Under the pieces are notes generated by a model that was not told the origin of the DNA, did no database searches, and saw nothing but the letters and a program-made list of their open reading frames with translations. A program made the translations under genes and the position numbers. From the NCBI GenBank assembly GCA_964016885.1, contig OZ024743.1, positions 343,232,001 to 343,296,000 of the forward strand: a stretch of 64,000 nt of DNA, read 5' to 3'. This document shows positions 12,075 to 28,218 of this stretch, in pieces. Each line of letters begins with the position of its first letter. Positions within the stretch are counted from its first letter, which is position 1. This DNA comes from Eledone cirrhosa (lineage: Eukaryota).

Positions 12075-12509
12075 ACTAGATTCCGTAGCTGTTGATTAAA
12101 CATAAATATTCTTATATATAATAAATGCTTATTTGAAGATTTACTTCTTTTAAAATTTTCAAATGTCATACTTCCAGTTATGATATAACGTACGCTATAT
12201 CATATCGCTTATATAAACGTTAATATATTTGCATCGTTATAACATAACGTTTATATTTGTCACTAATTTTCATTACATTTCACCGTAATGTAATTTATAT
12301 ATAATATTGTCTTTTTTAAATGTATCATGGATTACTTTATTGATTACATAAGAGAGTGTAACACAGTCTCTCTTCAATTTCTGTGCATATTGTCAATTAG
12401 GATTTTATTTGATGTATCATATCTACATACATGTATATTTGCATATAATATAAACATGCACACTACACATGCTAGCAGAAAAACCACCCTTCGGTGGTTT
12501 TTCTGCTAG
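12075..12509 (+). mobile_element. Non-autonomous Helitron-like element ending in a 17-bp hairpin and CTAG|T
   Basis: CTAGCAGAAAAACCACC-CTTC-GGTGGTTTTTCTGCTAG then T; inverted second copy at 63739-64000. The 5' boundary is uncertain. Confidence 0.6.
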
Positions 12510-12649
12510 TGTTAATAACAACTTGTTATTGCTGTAATTATTATTATATCTTGCCAAGAGGAGGTTGACTTTGCTTTTCATTTTACTGGAGGTGATAAAA
12601 CAATTACTAGTTAAGCCCAAAGTTCGATATAATCAAGTATATAAATAAA

Positions 12650-13010
12650 TTTATGATCTTGACCTCTAGCTGGAAAAAGCAAGCAGTTTTCCTGACCAGT
12701 AGCTTAGGTGAAAGTGATTGTATGGTAGACAAGATTGAAAGGACTGAAAACAGACACTTTCCTCTTTGGCCAAGCCTTCATCAAATTCTTCAAGTCTCAC
12801 TTAGAGAGAAAGGTGGCAGCAGAGAAGGGAGTGTGCTGTCCTCTAATGAATTTGCTGAAAGGTAGGTGAGAGTGGCAAAAATGAACAAGTCAACACTAAA
12901 CATGCATCTAAAAGTCAGAGACCACAACTGGAAGAGGGTGCTTGCCCTTAATAGTCAGAGTAATCCTGGCTTTGTGTGATTATCTCAGTGGCTTTTAGCT
13001 GCTGCTTCTT
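12650..13010 (+). mobile_element. L1/Tx1-like LINE C-terminal fragment
   Basis: VW*TRLKGLKTDTFLFGQAFIKFFKSHLERKV...LSSNEFAER*VRVAKM, read across frameshifts. Confidence 0.5.
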
Positions 13011-13385
13011 TTCATTACATATATTGGAATGCTTCTTTTCATTACATTTGTACATGGTTCCAAACCTATTTTTTTCATGATCGATTCACCCAAAAAACCT
13101 ACCATTTTTGTCATTTTTCTTGGCAATATCTCATCTGTTGCCCTTATGGCAAAAAATATTATTATTATTATTATTTTGTCTATTTCTTATATGCCCTTAT
13201 TTTTACACACCTTTTAAAAATGTTTTCTCCGTATAACATCCTCCACTCACTCAACCCAATTTTTGTATAACTTCCCCCTGTCCATTAGTTCTTAACATTT
13301 CCTATAACTGTATCTATGAATGACTATGTATGTAATTGTTCCTAGATAAAGACTAGATAGAGTAAATTATCATTATTATTATTAA

Positions 13386-13600
13386 TGGCGGTGGATTGGC
13401 AGTATTGGAAGAGGGTCGGACGCTATGCTTTGCAACATAGAGTTATGGCCTTTTATGATCCGCGTTCAAATCCCGCCGAGGTTAACTTTGCCTTTCATCC
13501 TTACAGAGTCGATAAAATAAAGTACCAGTCACGCATTGGGGTCGATTTAATTGACTTTTACCTCCCCCAGGATTGCTAGCATTGTGCCTATATAAGAAAT
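13386..13600 (+). mobile_element. SINE family A, near full length
   Basis: GGCGGTGGATTGGCAGTATTGG A-box; GTTCAAATCCCGCC B-box; CTTTGCCTTTCATCCTTACAGAGTCGATAAAATAAAGTACCAG; (ATT)n tail. Confidence 0.9.
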
Positions 13601-14204
13601 TATTATTATCATCATTATTAGCATTAGTCTGTTGTTCTTACTGACTCTACATTTAATGTTTCGATGTCAAATAACTCTAGTTAGCTTTTCATATATTTTC
13701 AAAATATATCCTCTACTGCACAATTTGAGGAGCTTTCAACAGCTACACAACCAAGCATCAACAAAAAAGATTGTTATAATGTGTGTTCCATAGAATAGTG
13801 TATTATACTCTCAAACATTCATTTGAAAATTGCAAGAAGTTGGGGTGGAAGTGACTTCAAATAAAATGTCCCATCTCGAACTGCACAAAATCAAGGAAAA
13901 AACCAATTAATTGAAGGCTCAACCTACAGAAATATCTCACATATTTTATTGCTCTCATTACAGTTTTAACTTGATATCAGAAACAGTTTAGATATACCAT
14001 TATAGTGAGATGTTAAAAAATGTTTTAAAATATATCAGAAAAGAATAACAACATGCTGACCAGCATCAAGATACAGGTATATACAAGTATTTGTCACATG
14101 GATCCTCCTTGTAACAACAACCAACACATCTTATAGATACGATTCCTTGTGCTTACATCAATGCGTGACCACATTAAATGCATAGAGCTATATATATGAG
14201 AAAG

Positions 14205-14668
14205 TGTGTGTCTGTGTGTGTGTGTGTATATACATACATACATATACATATATATATATGTATATACACATACATACATATATACAAACATATATATATA
14301 TATATATATACAAACATATATATATATATATATACAAACATATATATATATATACAAACATATATATATATATACAAACATATATATATATATATATATA
14401 TATACAAACATATATATATATATATATATATATATACAAACATATATATATATACAAACATATATATATATATATATATATATACAAACATATATATATA
14501 TATATATATACAAACATATATATATATATATATATACAAACATATATATATATATATATACAAACATATATATATATACATATATATATACAAACATAAA
14601 TATATATATATATATACAAACATATATATATATATATATACAAACATATATATATATATATATATACA

Positions 14669-14712
<44 letters not shown>

Positions 14713-16952
14713 AACATATATATATATATATATATATATACAAACACACATATATATATATATATATACAAACATATATATATATACATATATACAAACA
14801 TATATACATATACAAACATATATATATATACAAACATATATATATATATATATATATACATATATACAAACATATATACATATACAAACATATATATATA
14901 TATATATATATATACAAACATATATATATACATATACAAACATATATATACATATATACACATATATACATATACATATATACACATATATACATATACA
15001 TATATACATATACATATATACATATATATATATATACATATATACATATATATATATACATATACATATATACATATATACATATGCATATACATATATA
15101 CATACATATATACATATATACATATATATATATTCATATACATATATACATATACATATATACATATACATATATATATATACATATATATATATACATA
15201 TATATATATACATATACACATATACATATACATATATACATATACATATATACATATACATATACATATATATATATATACATATATACATATACATACA
15301 TACAAATATATATATACATACATACAAATATATATATACATACATATATATATACATACATATATATATACATACATACATATATATATATATATGTATA
15401 TACATACATATATATACATATATATACATATATATATGAATATACATACATATATATACATATATATATGAATATACATACATATATATATATACATAAA
15501 TACATATATATATATACATATATATATATAAATATACATATATATATATACATATATACATATACATATATATATATACATATATATATATACATATATA
15601 TATATACATATATATATACATATATATATATATGCATACATATATATACATATATATATATACATACATACATACATATAGATATATATATATACATACA
15701 TACATATAGATATATATATATACATACATACATATAGATATATATATATACATATATATATATACATATATATATATACATATATATATATACATATATA
15801 TATACATATATATATATACGTATGTATATATACATATATATACATATATATACACATATATATATATACATATATATATATACATATATATATATACATA
15901 TATATACACATATATATATATACATATATATACACATATATATATACATATATATATACATATATATATATACAATAAAGTTAAATAAAAGTCAAATGAT
16001 TAAAATTTAGCTTCGTTTATTACTGCTATATATATTTCAGTGACAGCCATCTTTGGCTGTGACCTCTTCAGGCAGTTTGAATTAGTATGGTATAGACAAG
16101 TACATATGTTGTTTAGGTGTATGATATTGTCAATACTCTGATATGCCCAGTTCCTTGTTGGGTTGTTAATTCACTGGGGAACACACATATATATATATAC
16201 ATATATATATATATACATATATATACATATACATATACATATACATATATATACATATACATATATATATATACATATATATATATACATATATATATAT
16301 ATACATATATATACATATATATATATACATATATATACATATATATATATACATATATATATATACATATATATATATATACACATATATATATATATAC
16401 ATATATATACATATATATATATACATATATATATATACATATATATACATATATATATATACATATATATATATAAACGGAAAAAATGAAACGATATTTC
16501 ATTTCCCACTCTTAGTACGGCTGTTACTTAAATATAAGTATGTACACGTACATACATATATGTATATCGATGTACAGTAGTATGTATATATATATATATA
16601 CATACATGCACACATATATATATGCACGTATGGATTCACCGAACATTTATTATAATGCTCGGTGTGTTTGTAAACAAACATCCCGTATTAAGCCGTAGTG
16701 TCTAGCAACCACTGTTGCTCGTTTGTTCAACACTGACAAAGGAACGCTGTACTAGTGTACATACATATATATACATACATATATATACATATATATATAT
16801 ATGTACATATATATACATATATATATATACATATATATATATACATATATATATATATACATATATGTACATATATATATATACATATATATATATACAT
16901 ATATATATATATACATATATGTACATATATATATATACATATATATATATAC

Positions 16953-17019
<67 letters not shown>

Positions 17020-17414
17020 CATATATATACATATATATATATACATATATACATATATATACATATATATATATACATATATATACATATATATATATAC
17101 ATATATATACATATATATATATACATATATATACATACATATATATATATACATATACACATATATACATACATATATATACATATACACATATATACAT
17201 ACATACATATATATATATACATATATATACATATATACATATATATACATATATACATACATATATATACATATATATACATATATATATATACATACAT
17301 ATATATACATATATATATATACATACATATATATACATATATATATATACATACATATATATACATATATATACATATATATACATACATATATATACAT
17401 ATATATATACATAC

Positions 17415-17457
<43 letters not shown>

Positions 17458-17587
17458 CATATATATATACATACATATATATAGATACATATATATACAT
17501 ATATATATATATACATATATATACATATATATATATATACATACATATATATATACATACATATATATAGATACATATATATACATA

Positions 17588-17667
<80 letters not shown>

Positions 17668-17671
17668 CATA

Positions 17672-17733
<62 letters not shown>

Positions 17734-17880
17734 CATACATATACATACATATATACATACATATATACATACATATATATACATACATACACGTACATAT
17801 ATATACATACATACACATACATATATATACATACATATACATACATATATATATATACATACATACACATATATACATAC

Positions 17881-17927
<47 letters not shown>

Positions 17928-18680
17928 CACATACATATACATATATACATACATATACATACATATATATACACATACATATATATACATACATATATAT
18001 ACACATACATATATATACACACATATATATACACATACATATATATACATACATATATATACACATACATATATATATACACATACATATATATACACAT
18101 ACATATATATACACATACATATATATACACATACATATATATACATATACATATATATATATATATATATATACATATATACATATATATACACATATAC
18201 ATATATATACACATATATATGCATATATACATATATATACACATATACATATATATACACATATACATATATATACACATATATATGCATATATACATAT
18301 ATATACACATATACATATATATACATATATATATATATACACATATATATATTTACACATATATATATATACACATATATATATACACATATATATATAT
18401 ACACATATATATATATACACATATATATATATACACATATATATATATATACACATATATATATATACACATATATATATATACACATATATATATATAC
18501 ACATATATATATATACACATATATAAATATACACACATATATATATATAGATATATATATATATACATATATATATACATATATATATACACATATATAT
18601 ATACATATATATATATATACACATATATATATACACATATATATATATACACATATATATATATACATATATATATATAC

Positions 18681-18733
<53 letters not shown>

Positions 18734-18762
18734 CATATATATATATACATACATATATATAC

Positions 18763-18793
<31 letters not shown>

Positions 18794-18850
18794 CATATAT
18801 ATACATATATATATATATACATATATATATATACATATATATATATACAT

Positions 18851-18882
<32 letters not shown>

Positions 18883-18895
18883 CATATATATATAC

Positions 18896-18926
<31 letters not shown>

Positions 18927-19025
18927 CTTATATATATATACATATTTATATATATATATATACATATATATATATACATATATATATATATACTTATATA
19001 TATATACATATTTATATAAATATAC

Positions 19026-19058
<33 letters not shown>

Positions 19059-19312
19059 CATATATATATATACATATATATATATACATACATATATATA
19101 TATATATACATATATTTATTATAATAACAGATTAAAGTTTAAGCAAAGAATCGCTGCTTTCACCCTTAACGGGATCTTCTGAAACTAACAAAGTCAATCT
19201 GTAAACGCAGAACTGGATATTTCAAAAAACGTTGCAACCGGAGGAAGACAGGAAGACGATACTTTGGTTCGTGGAAAGGTTATATACATTATATACATAT
19301 ACATACATATAC

Positions 19313-19366
<54 letters not shown>

Positions 19367-19456
19367 ATATATATACATACATATATATATATATACATAC
19401 ATATACATACATATATATATATACATACATATACATACATATATATATATACATAC

Positions 19457-19489
<33 letters not shown>

Positions 19490-19532
19490 CAAACATATAT
19501 ATACATACATATACATACATATATATACATAC

Positions 19533-19575
<43 letters not shown>

Positions 19576-19593
19576 CATACATATATACATACA

Positions 19594-19629
<36 letters not shown>

Positions 19630-19926
19630 CATACATACATATATATATACATATATACATACATATATATATATACATACATACATATATATATACATAT
19701 ATACATACATATATATATATACATACATACATATATATACATACATACATATATATATATATATACATACATACATATATATATATATACATACATACAT
19801 ATATATATATATACTTACATATATACATATATATACATACATATATACATATATATACATACATATATACATACATATATATATACATACATATATATAT
19901 ATTTATATATATATATATATACATAC

Positions 19927-19981
<55 letters not shown>

Positions 19982-20172
19982 CATATATATATACATACAT
20001 ATATATATATACATACATAGATATATATATATACATACATAGATATATATACATACATAGATATATATATACATACATATATATATACACATACATATAT
20101 ATATACACACATACATATATATATCAATATATATATATACATACATATACACATACATATATACATACATAC
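14205..20172. repeat. Compound (TA)n/(CA) microsatellite field with short unique islands
   Basis: Alternating purine-pyrimidine runs of TA, TACA, CAAA and CACA; almost no G on the + strand. Confidence 0.98.
16022..16076 (-). ncRNA. Type I hammerhead ribozyme (probably a solo Penelope pseudo-LTR fragment)
   Basis: Minus strand: ACTGC CTGAAGA GGT-C-ACAGCCA AAGA TGGCTGT-C-ACT GAAA TATATA TA GCAGT. Complete core and 5-bp helix I. Confidence 0.85.
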
Positions 20173-20772
20173 ATGGTGGCTGCCAACTCGTTTTCGAGTA
20201 CGGCCACTACTTTATATCCATGTAGGAGAACCCCTACCGATGCGCTAAACAAGTGTGACTTTTAGTCCAGCCAGCGACTTGAAAACTCTGGTACAAACAC
20301 TACACCTGTGACAATTATGACACATAGTGTTGGGCCTTTGGTACCATGTGACGACAAGTGTAGAGAGATCTCCAGATATAAAGCAATGCCTGTGCCGTGA
20401 AGCTTTTATAGTGAGCAAAGCACTGCACAAAGCCAGTCCCACTCTCTTAACCAAGATGATATTTACCAAAAAGAAGAATAAGTCAACATCATTGGATACC
20501 ATCAGGGTTGCAGGTGTTATATCAGAGTTTTCCTTCTCTTAGAATTCTGCCTTGACAAAGCTAAGGGGTCATCTCTCCCGGTGATTTTGGATGGCCATTG
20601 ACTCTTAAGAGCTCCTTTGCCAGGTTTTGTTTTTAGTCCTGCAGGATGTCCAAAGTCACCCTCCTCACCAAGAAACCTTGGTGGGTTGCCAGTTTAGTCG
20701 CCAACGACCCGACCATGGGACAGGTTGTACTGGGATACATGTTACCAGTAGCACAACTGGTGACCTGACATA
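20173..20772 (-). mobile_element. Internally deleted RTE/BovB-like element (5'UTR fused to 3' end)
   Basis: RTE-type 5'UTR motif CTAAGAGAAGGAAAACTCTGA, C-terminal zinc finger [15 protein letters not shown] and (ATGT)n tail, all within about 600 bp. Confidence 0.65.
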
Positions 20773-20899
20773 ACATACATACATACATATATATATACAT
20801 ACACATACATCTATATACATACATATACATATATATATATATACATATATATACATACATATACATATATATACATACATATACATATATATACATACA

Positions 20900-23013
20900 T
20901 AGAACTATAAACAAATCTAAGAGCAGAATCCCTAGAAATAGAAAAACGCTCATCAGAAAAATTAAGAGAACGAACAAAAAAATCAACAAGCTGAAATACC
21001 TTCAGCAGCAACACATCAACTTGACTGCCATTTCATCACTAGAGATTAAAAAATATAACCTCCAAAACAACATAATGTCCCTCATCAACAATCAGAGAAG
21101 AGCTGAAGAGGCCTGGGCCATTGAGAAGATCAAACTCAATCCCAAAGTGTTCTTTTCATTTGCAAAAAAACACAAAATCACTGGCTCTACTGTTGGCCCT
21201 CTAATGATGAAAATGGCACTCTTCAAGACAATGCTAAAACCATGGGTGAGATACTGCAGAAACAATACTGCTCTGTTTTCAGCAATCCTGATATGGCCGA
21301 TCTGGGCTGTATCGGCGATGTTACTCCCATTACACCCTTATCGGACATAACGTTTGGCGCCCCTGATGTCTTAGCGGCAATAAAGGAAATCAAGCATAAT
21401 TCAGCAGTAGGTCCCGATAGGTTCCCTGCTTGTGTCTTGAAGGCGTGTCAACACCAACTTGCATCTCCTCTTGTCAATCTGTGGCGGAACTCACTGGATG
21501 CTGGATATGTGCCAGAAAACCTTCTATCCCAGTCTGTTGTCCCAGTTTTCAAAAAGGGAAACAAATCCCTTGCCATGAATTACCGTCCAATCTCACTCAG
21601 CTCTCATATCATTAAGGTATTTGAGAGAGTGGTGAGATCGCGAATGACCCACTTCCTTGAGAGTAACAATAGGCTGAACTCCAACCAGCATGGATTCCGT
21701 AATGGAAGGGATTGCCTGACGCAGCTACTGCATCACTTTGATGACATTTTGAGAGCCTTGGGAGAGGGTTCCAACACTGATGTTATCTACCTTGATTTCA
21801 GCAAGGCCTTTGACAGGGTTGATCATAACATTCTACTGAGAAAGCTGTCCAATATTGGTGTCACTGGAAAGCTGCTGCAGTGGATCAAGAGCTTCCTGTC
21901 AAATAGAAGCCAACATGTTGTAGTTGAAGGAGTCAAATCCAGCCCAGCCAAAGTCAGTAGTGGGGTCCCACAAGGCACTGTGTGGGCCCACTTCTCTTCA
22001 TCATCTATATTAATGACATCACTGACATCATCAAACACAGCAACATTAAAATTTTCGCTGATGATTCCAAGCTCCAAAAGGTCATCAATGGCGTGGATGA
22101 CCGGATAAGCCTTCAGTCAGACCTACCTAGGGCCGAAAAGAACAACATGTTATTGAACGAAGACTAATTCGAACTGATCCACTTTGGAAAAGAGGATGCT
22201 CTGAAACTCCCGTTCCCCCTTCCCTCCGGGGAAACTCTCGTGGCATCTAACAACATCAGAGACTTGGGAGTAACCGTGGACAGCAACATAAGCTGGGCCA
22301 CGCATATAAGCAGCAAAGTTGACATGGCCCGCAGAATGTGTTCCTGGATCCTCAGAACCTTCCAGTCGAGAGATTCCCACACCATTATCCTTCTCTTCTC
22401 TACTTTTGCCCGACCACACCTTGAATACTGTTGTCCACTGTGGTCTCCCCACACGAAACAAAGTATCATGAAACTTGAAGCTCCTCAAAGGCAATCACGA
22501 AAAAGATAGATGGCATGTCAGACCTTGACTACTGGGGTTGACTAGAAAACCTGAAACTTTACTCACTCCAACGTCGCCGTGAGCGTTATTTTATCTGCAT
22601 GATGTGGAAAATGTTCCATCATCACTGCCCAAATGATGTTGGCATCGCCTTCATGATACACCCAAGGCTTGGGCCTCGTGCTATCCGTCCCATTCAAAAA
22701 TCTAAATCGCAACTCATAACAACAATACGGCACAATTATTTCACCTCAATCGGCCCTGCTCTCTTCAACATCACACCAGGACACGTCAAAACAGAAACTG
22801 ACCACACAAAATTCAAGAAGTCTTTGGACAAATTCCTCCAAGTAATCCCGGACAAACCACCCACACACGGATATGTCTCCGCAAACAGTAATTCTCTTCT
22901 CGAATGGGCCATGGTGCCCAAATCCTGAATTGAAAGACTTCGCCAGGTGGTGCTATTAAGTTAGACATGGCCTGGGCCAATACTGGCCAAAACATTTCAA
23001 AGTTATTCAAAGT
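20900..23013 (+). mobile_element. 5'-truncated CR1-group LINE with frameshifted RT
   Basis: SAVGPD, NYRPISLSS, QHGFRNGRDC, YLDFSKAFD, SGVPQG, IFADDSK, DLGVTVD and RPHLEYCCPLWSP motifs over ORFs 21242-22928; tail (TTCAAAGTTA)2. Confidence 0.92.
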
Positions 23014-23868
23014 TATACATATATATACATACATATACATATATATACATACAATACATATATATACATACATATACATATATATACATACATATACATA
23101 TATATATATACATATACATATATATATATACATACATATATATATATATACATATACATATATATATATACATACATATATAATATATACATACATATAT
23201 ACATACATATACATATATATATATACATACATATATACATATATATATATACATACATATATACATATATATATATACATACATATATACACATACATAT
23301 ATACATATATATATAATACATACATATATACATACATACATATATACATACATATACATATATATATATACATACATATATACATACATATAGATATATA
23401 TATATACATACATATACATATATACATACATATACATATATATATATACATACATATACATATATATATACATACATATACATACATATATATATATATA
23501 CATACATATACATATATACATACATATACATATACATATATATATATACATACATATACATATATACATACATATACATATATATATATACATACATATA
23601 CATATATATATACATACATATACATATATACATACATATACATACATATATATACATATATATATATATATATACATACATATATATATATATACACATA
23701 CATACATATATATACACACATACATACATATATATACATATACATACATATACATATATATATATACATACATCTACATATATATATATATACATACATC
23801 TACATATATATATATATACATACATATACATATATATATATATATACATACATATATATATATATACA

Positions 23869-23899
<31 letters not shown>

Positions 23900-23946
23900 A
23901 TACATACATATATATATATACATACATAAATATACATATATACATA

Positions 23947-23987
<41 letters not shown>

Positions 23988-24165
23988 ATATATACATACA
24001 TATATATATATAGATACATATATATATATATATACATACATATATATATATATATACATACATATATATATATATATTATTATATATATATATATATACA
24101 TATATATACATATATACATATATACATATATACATATATATATATATATACATATATATACATAT

Positions 24166-24196
<31 letters not shown>

Positions 24197-24458
24197 GATA
24201 TATATATATATATACATATATATACATATATACATATATACATATATACATATATATATATCTATACATATATATATATATATACATATATATACATATA
24301 TACATATATACATATATACATATATATATATATATACATACATATACATATATATATATATATACATACATATATATATATATACATACATATACACATA
24401 CATATATATATATACATACATATATATATATACATACATAAATATACATATATACATA

Positions 24459-24499
<41 letters not shown>

Positions 24500-25200
24500 A
24501 TATACATACATATATATATATAGATACATATATATATATATATATACATACATATATAATATATATATATATATATATACATACATATACATATATACAT
24601 ACATATACATACATACATATATATATATAAATACATATACATAGATACATACATATACATACATACATATATATATATAAATACATATACATAGATACAT
24701 ATATATATATACATACATATACATATATATACATACATACATATATATATATACATACATATACATAATATATACATACATATACATATATACATACATA
24801 TACATACATACATATATATATATAAATACATATACATAGATACATATATATATACATACATATACATATATATACATACATACATATATATATATACATA
24901 TACACATATATATACATACATATATATATATACATACATATACATAATATACATACATACATATATATACATACATACATATATATACATACATACATAT
25001 ATATACATACATACATATATATATATATACATACATATATATATATATACATATATACATAAATACATATATATACATACATACATATATATATATATAC
25101 ATACATATATATATATATACATATATACATAAATACATTATATACATACATACATATATATATATACATACATATATATATATATACATATATACATAAA

Positions 25201-25256
<56 letters not shown>

Positions 25257-25291
25257 CATATATATACATATATACATATATACATATATAC

Positions 25292-25324
<33 letters not shown>

Positions 25325-25467
25325 CATATATACATATATACATATATACATATATATATATCTATACATATATATATATATATACATATATATTACATAT
25401 ATACATATATACATATATACATATATATATATATAATATACATATATATATATATATATATACATAT

Positions 25468-25515
<48 letters not shown>

Positions 25516-25542
25516 TACATATATACATATATACATATATAC

Positions 25543-25573
<31 letters not shown>

Positions 25574-25837
25574 CATACTATATATATATACATATATACA
25601 TATATACATATATACATAATATATAATATATATAGATATATACATATATACATACATATATACATATATACATATATATATACATATATACATATATACA
25701 ATACATATATACATATATACATATAACATATATACATATATACATATATATACATATATACATATATACATACATATATACATATATACATATATATATA
25801 TACATATATACATATATATATATACATATATAAATAT

Positions 25838-25882
<45 letters not shown>

Positions 25883-25930
25883 CATATATATATATACATA
25901 TATACTATATATATATATACATATATACTA

Positions 25931-26016
<86 letters not shown>

Positions 26017-26028
26017 TATAAAATATAC

Positions 26029-26103
<75 letters not shown>

Positions 26104-26170
26104 CAATATACATATATATAATATATATATATACATATATACATATATATATATAATATATACTATATAT

Positions 26171-26370
26171 NNNNNNNNNNNNNNNNNNNNNNNNNNNNNN
26201 NNNNNNNNNNNNNNNNNNNNNNNNNNNNNNNNNNNNNNNNNNNNNNNNNNNNNNNNNNNNNNNNNNNNNNNNNNNNNNNNNNNNNNNNNNNNNNNNNNNN
26301 NNNNNNNNNNNNNNNNNNNNNNNNNNNNNNNNNNNNNNNNNNNNNNNNNNNNNNNNNNNNNNNNNNNNNN
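26171..26370. other. Assembly gap
   Basis: 200 N; the repeat subtype differs on either side. Confidence 1.
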
Positions 26371-26373
26371 CAC

Positions 26374-26413
<40 letters not shown>

Positions 26414-27685
26414 ATATATACACACATATATATATATACACATATACACATATATATACACATATACACATATATATATATACACATATATACACATATA
26501 TATATATACACATATATACACATATACACATATATACATATACACATATATACATATACACATATATACATATACACATATATAGATATACATATACATA
26601 CACATACATATACATACACATACATATATATACATATATATACATATACATATATATACATATATATACATATACATATATATACATATACATACATATA
26701 CACATATATATATACACACATATACACACATATACACATATATATACACACATATACACATATATATATACACACATATACACATATATATATACACACA
26801 TATACACATATATATATATACACACATATACACATATACATACATATACACATATATATATATACATACATATACACATATATATATATACATACATATA
26901 CACATATATATATATACATACATATACACATATATATATATACATACATATACACATATATATATACATACATATACACATATATATATACATACATATA
27001 CACATATATATACATACATATACACATATATATATATACATACATATACACATATATATATACATACATATACACATATATATATATATACATACATATA
27101 CACATATATATATACATACATATACACATATATATATATATACATACATATACACATATATATATACATACATATACACATATATATATATACATACATA
27201 TACACATATATATATATACATACATATACACATATATATATATACATACATATACACATATATATATATACATACATATACACATATATATATATACATA
27301 CATATACACATATATATATATACATACATATACACATATATATATATACATACATATACACATATATATATATACATACATATACACATATATATATATA
27401 CATACATATACACATATATATATACATACATATACACATATATATATATACATACATATACACATATATATATACATACATATACACATATATATATATA
27501 CATACATATACACATATATATATATACATACATATACACATATATATATACATACATATACACATATATATATATACATACATATACACATATATATATA
27601 TACATACATATACACATATATATATATACATACATATACACATATATATATATACATACATATACACATATATATATATACATAC

Positions 27686-28218
27686 ATCATCATCATCATC
27701 ATCATCAGGTTTAGCGTCCGTGTTCCACGCTTGCATGGGTTTGGACGGGGGTTTTCCCACTTGAGGCAAGAGTGGTTGCCTTGCTCGCATAGGACTGTCT
27801 GGCGGGTTTTCTACAGTTGGATGCCCTTCCTAACACCAACCACATTTACAGTGTGGGGCTGGGAGGTTTTTACCGTGTTGCCTACACGGCCACATTACAG
27901 CGTGGACTGTCTGGCGGGTTTTCTACAGCTGGATGCCCTTCCTAACACCAACCACATTTACAGTGTGGGGCTGGGTGGTTTTTACCGTGTTGCCTACACG
28001 GCCACATTTACAGCGCGGACTGTGTGTTTTTTGTCGTGACACCTACACGATCTCATTTGTTTCGGCCTGGATGTTGTGGGACCGACATAACTTTGAAAGG
28101 GGCGGTGTGGGTGGGGTGGAGGTGGAGGGACGGGGGTGTGTTTTGATAGAGATGCCTACTGACTGTAGTAGGTTTTTACTTTGTAGGTTTTTACTTTGTA
28201 TTTAGGTAAGGCGGGTCT
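27686..28218 (-). mobile_element. RTE 3'UTR-only insertion, copy 1
   Basis: (GAT)n tail, 3' stem-loop, internal duplication of about 112 bp; truncated at the last codons TRLT*. Confidence 0.92.

Noticed and set aside
13640-13930. Minus-strand exon after CTGTAG or GTGCAG acceptors
   Set aside because: All frames stop within about 22 codons and show no recognisable homology.
27731-28205. Recurring peptide [14 protein letters not shown]
   Set aside because: Antisense translation of the non-coding RTE 3'UTR.
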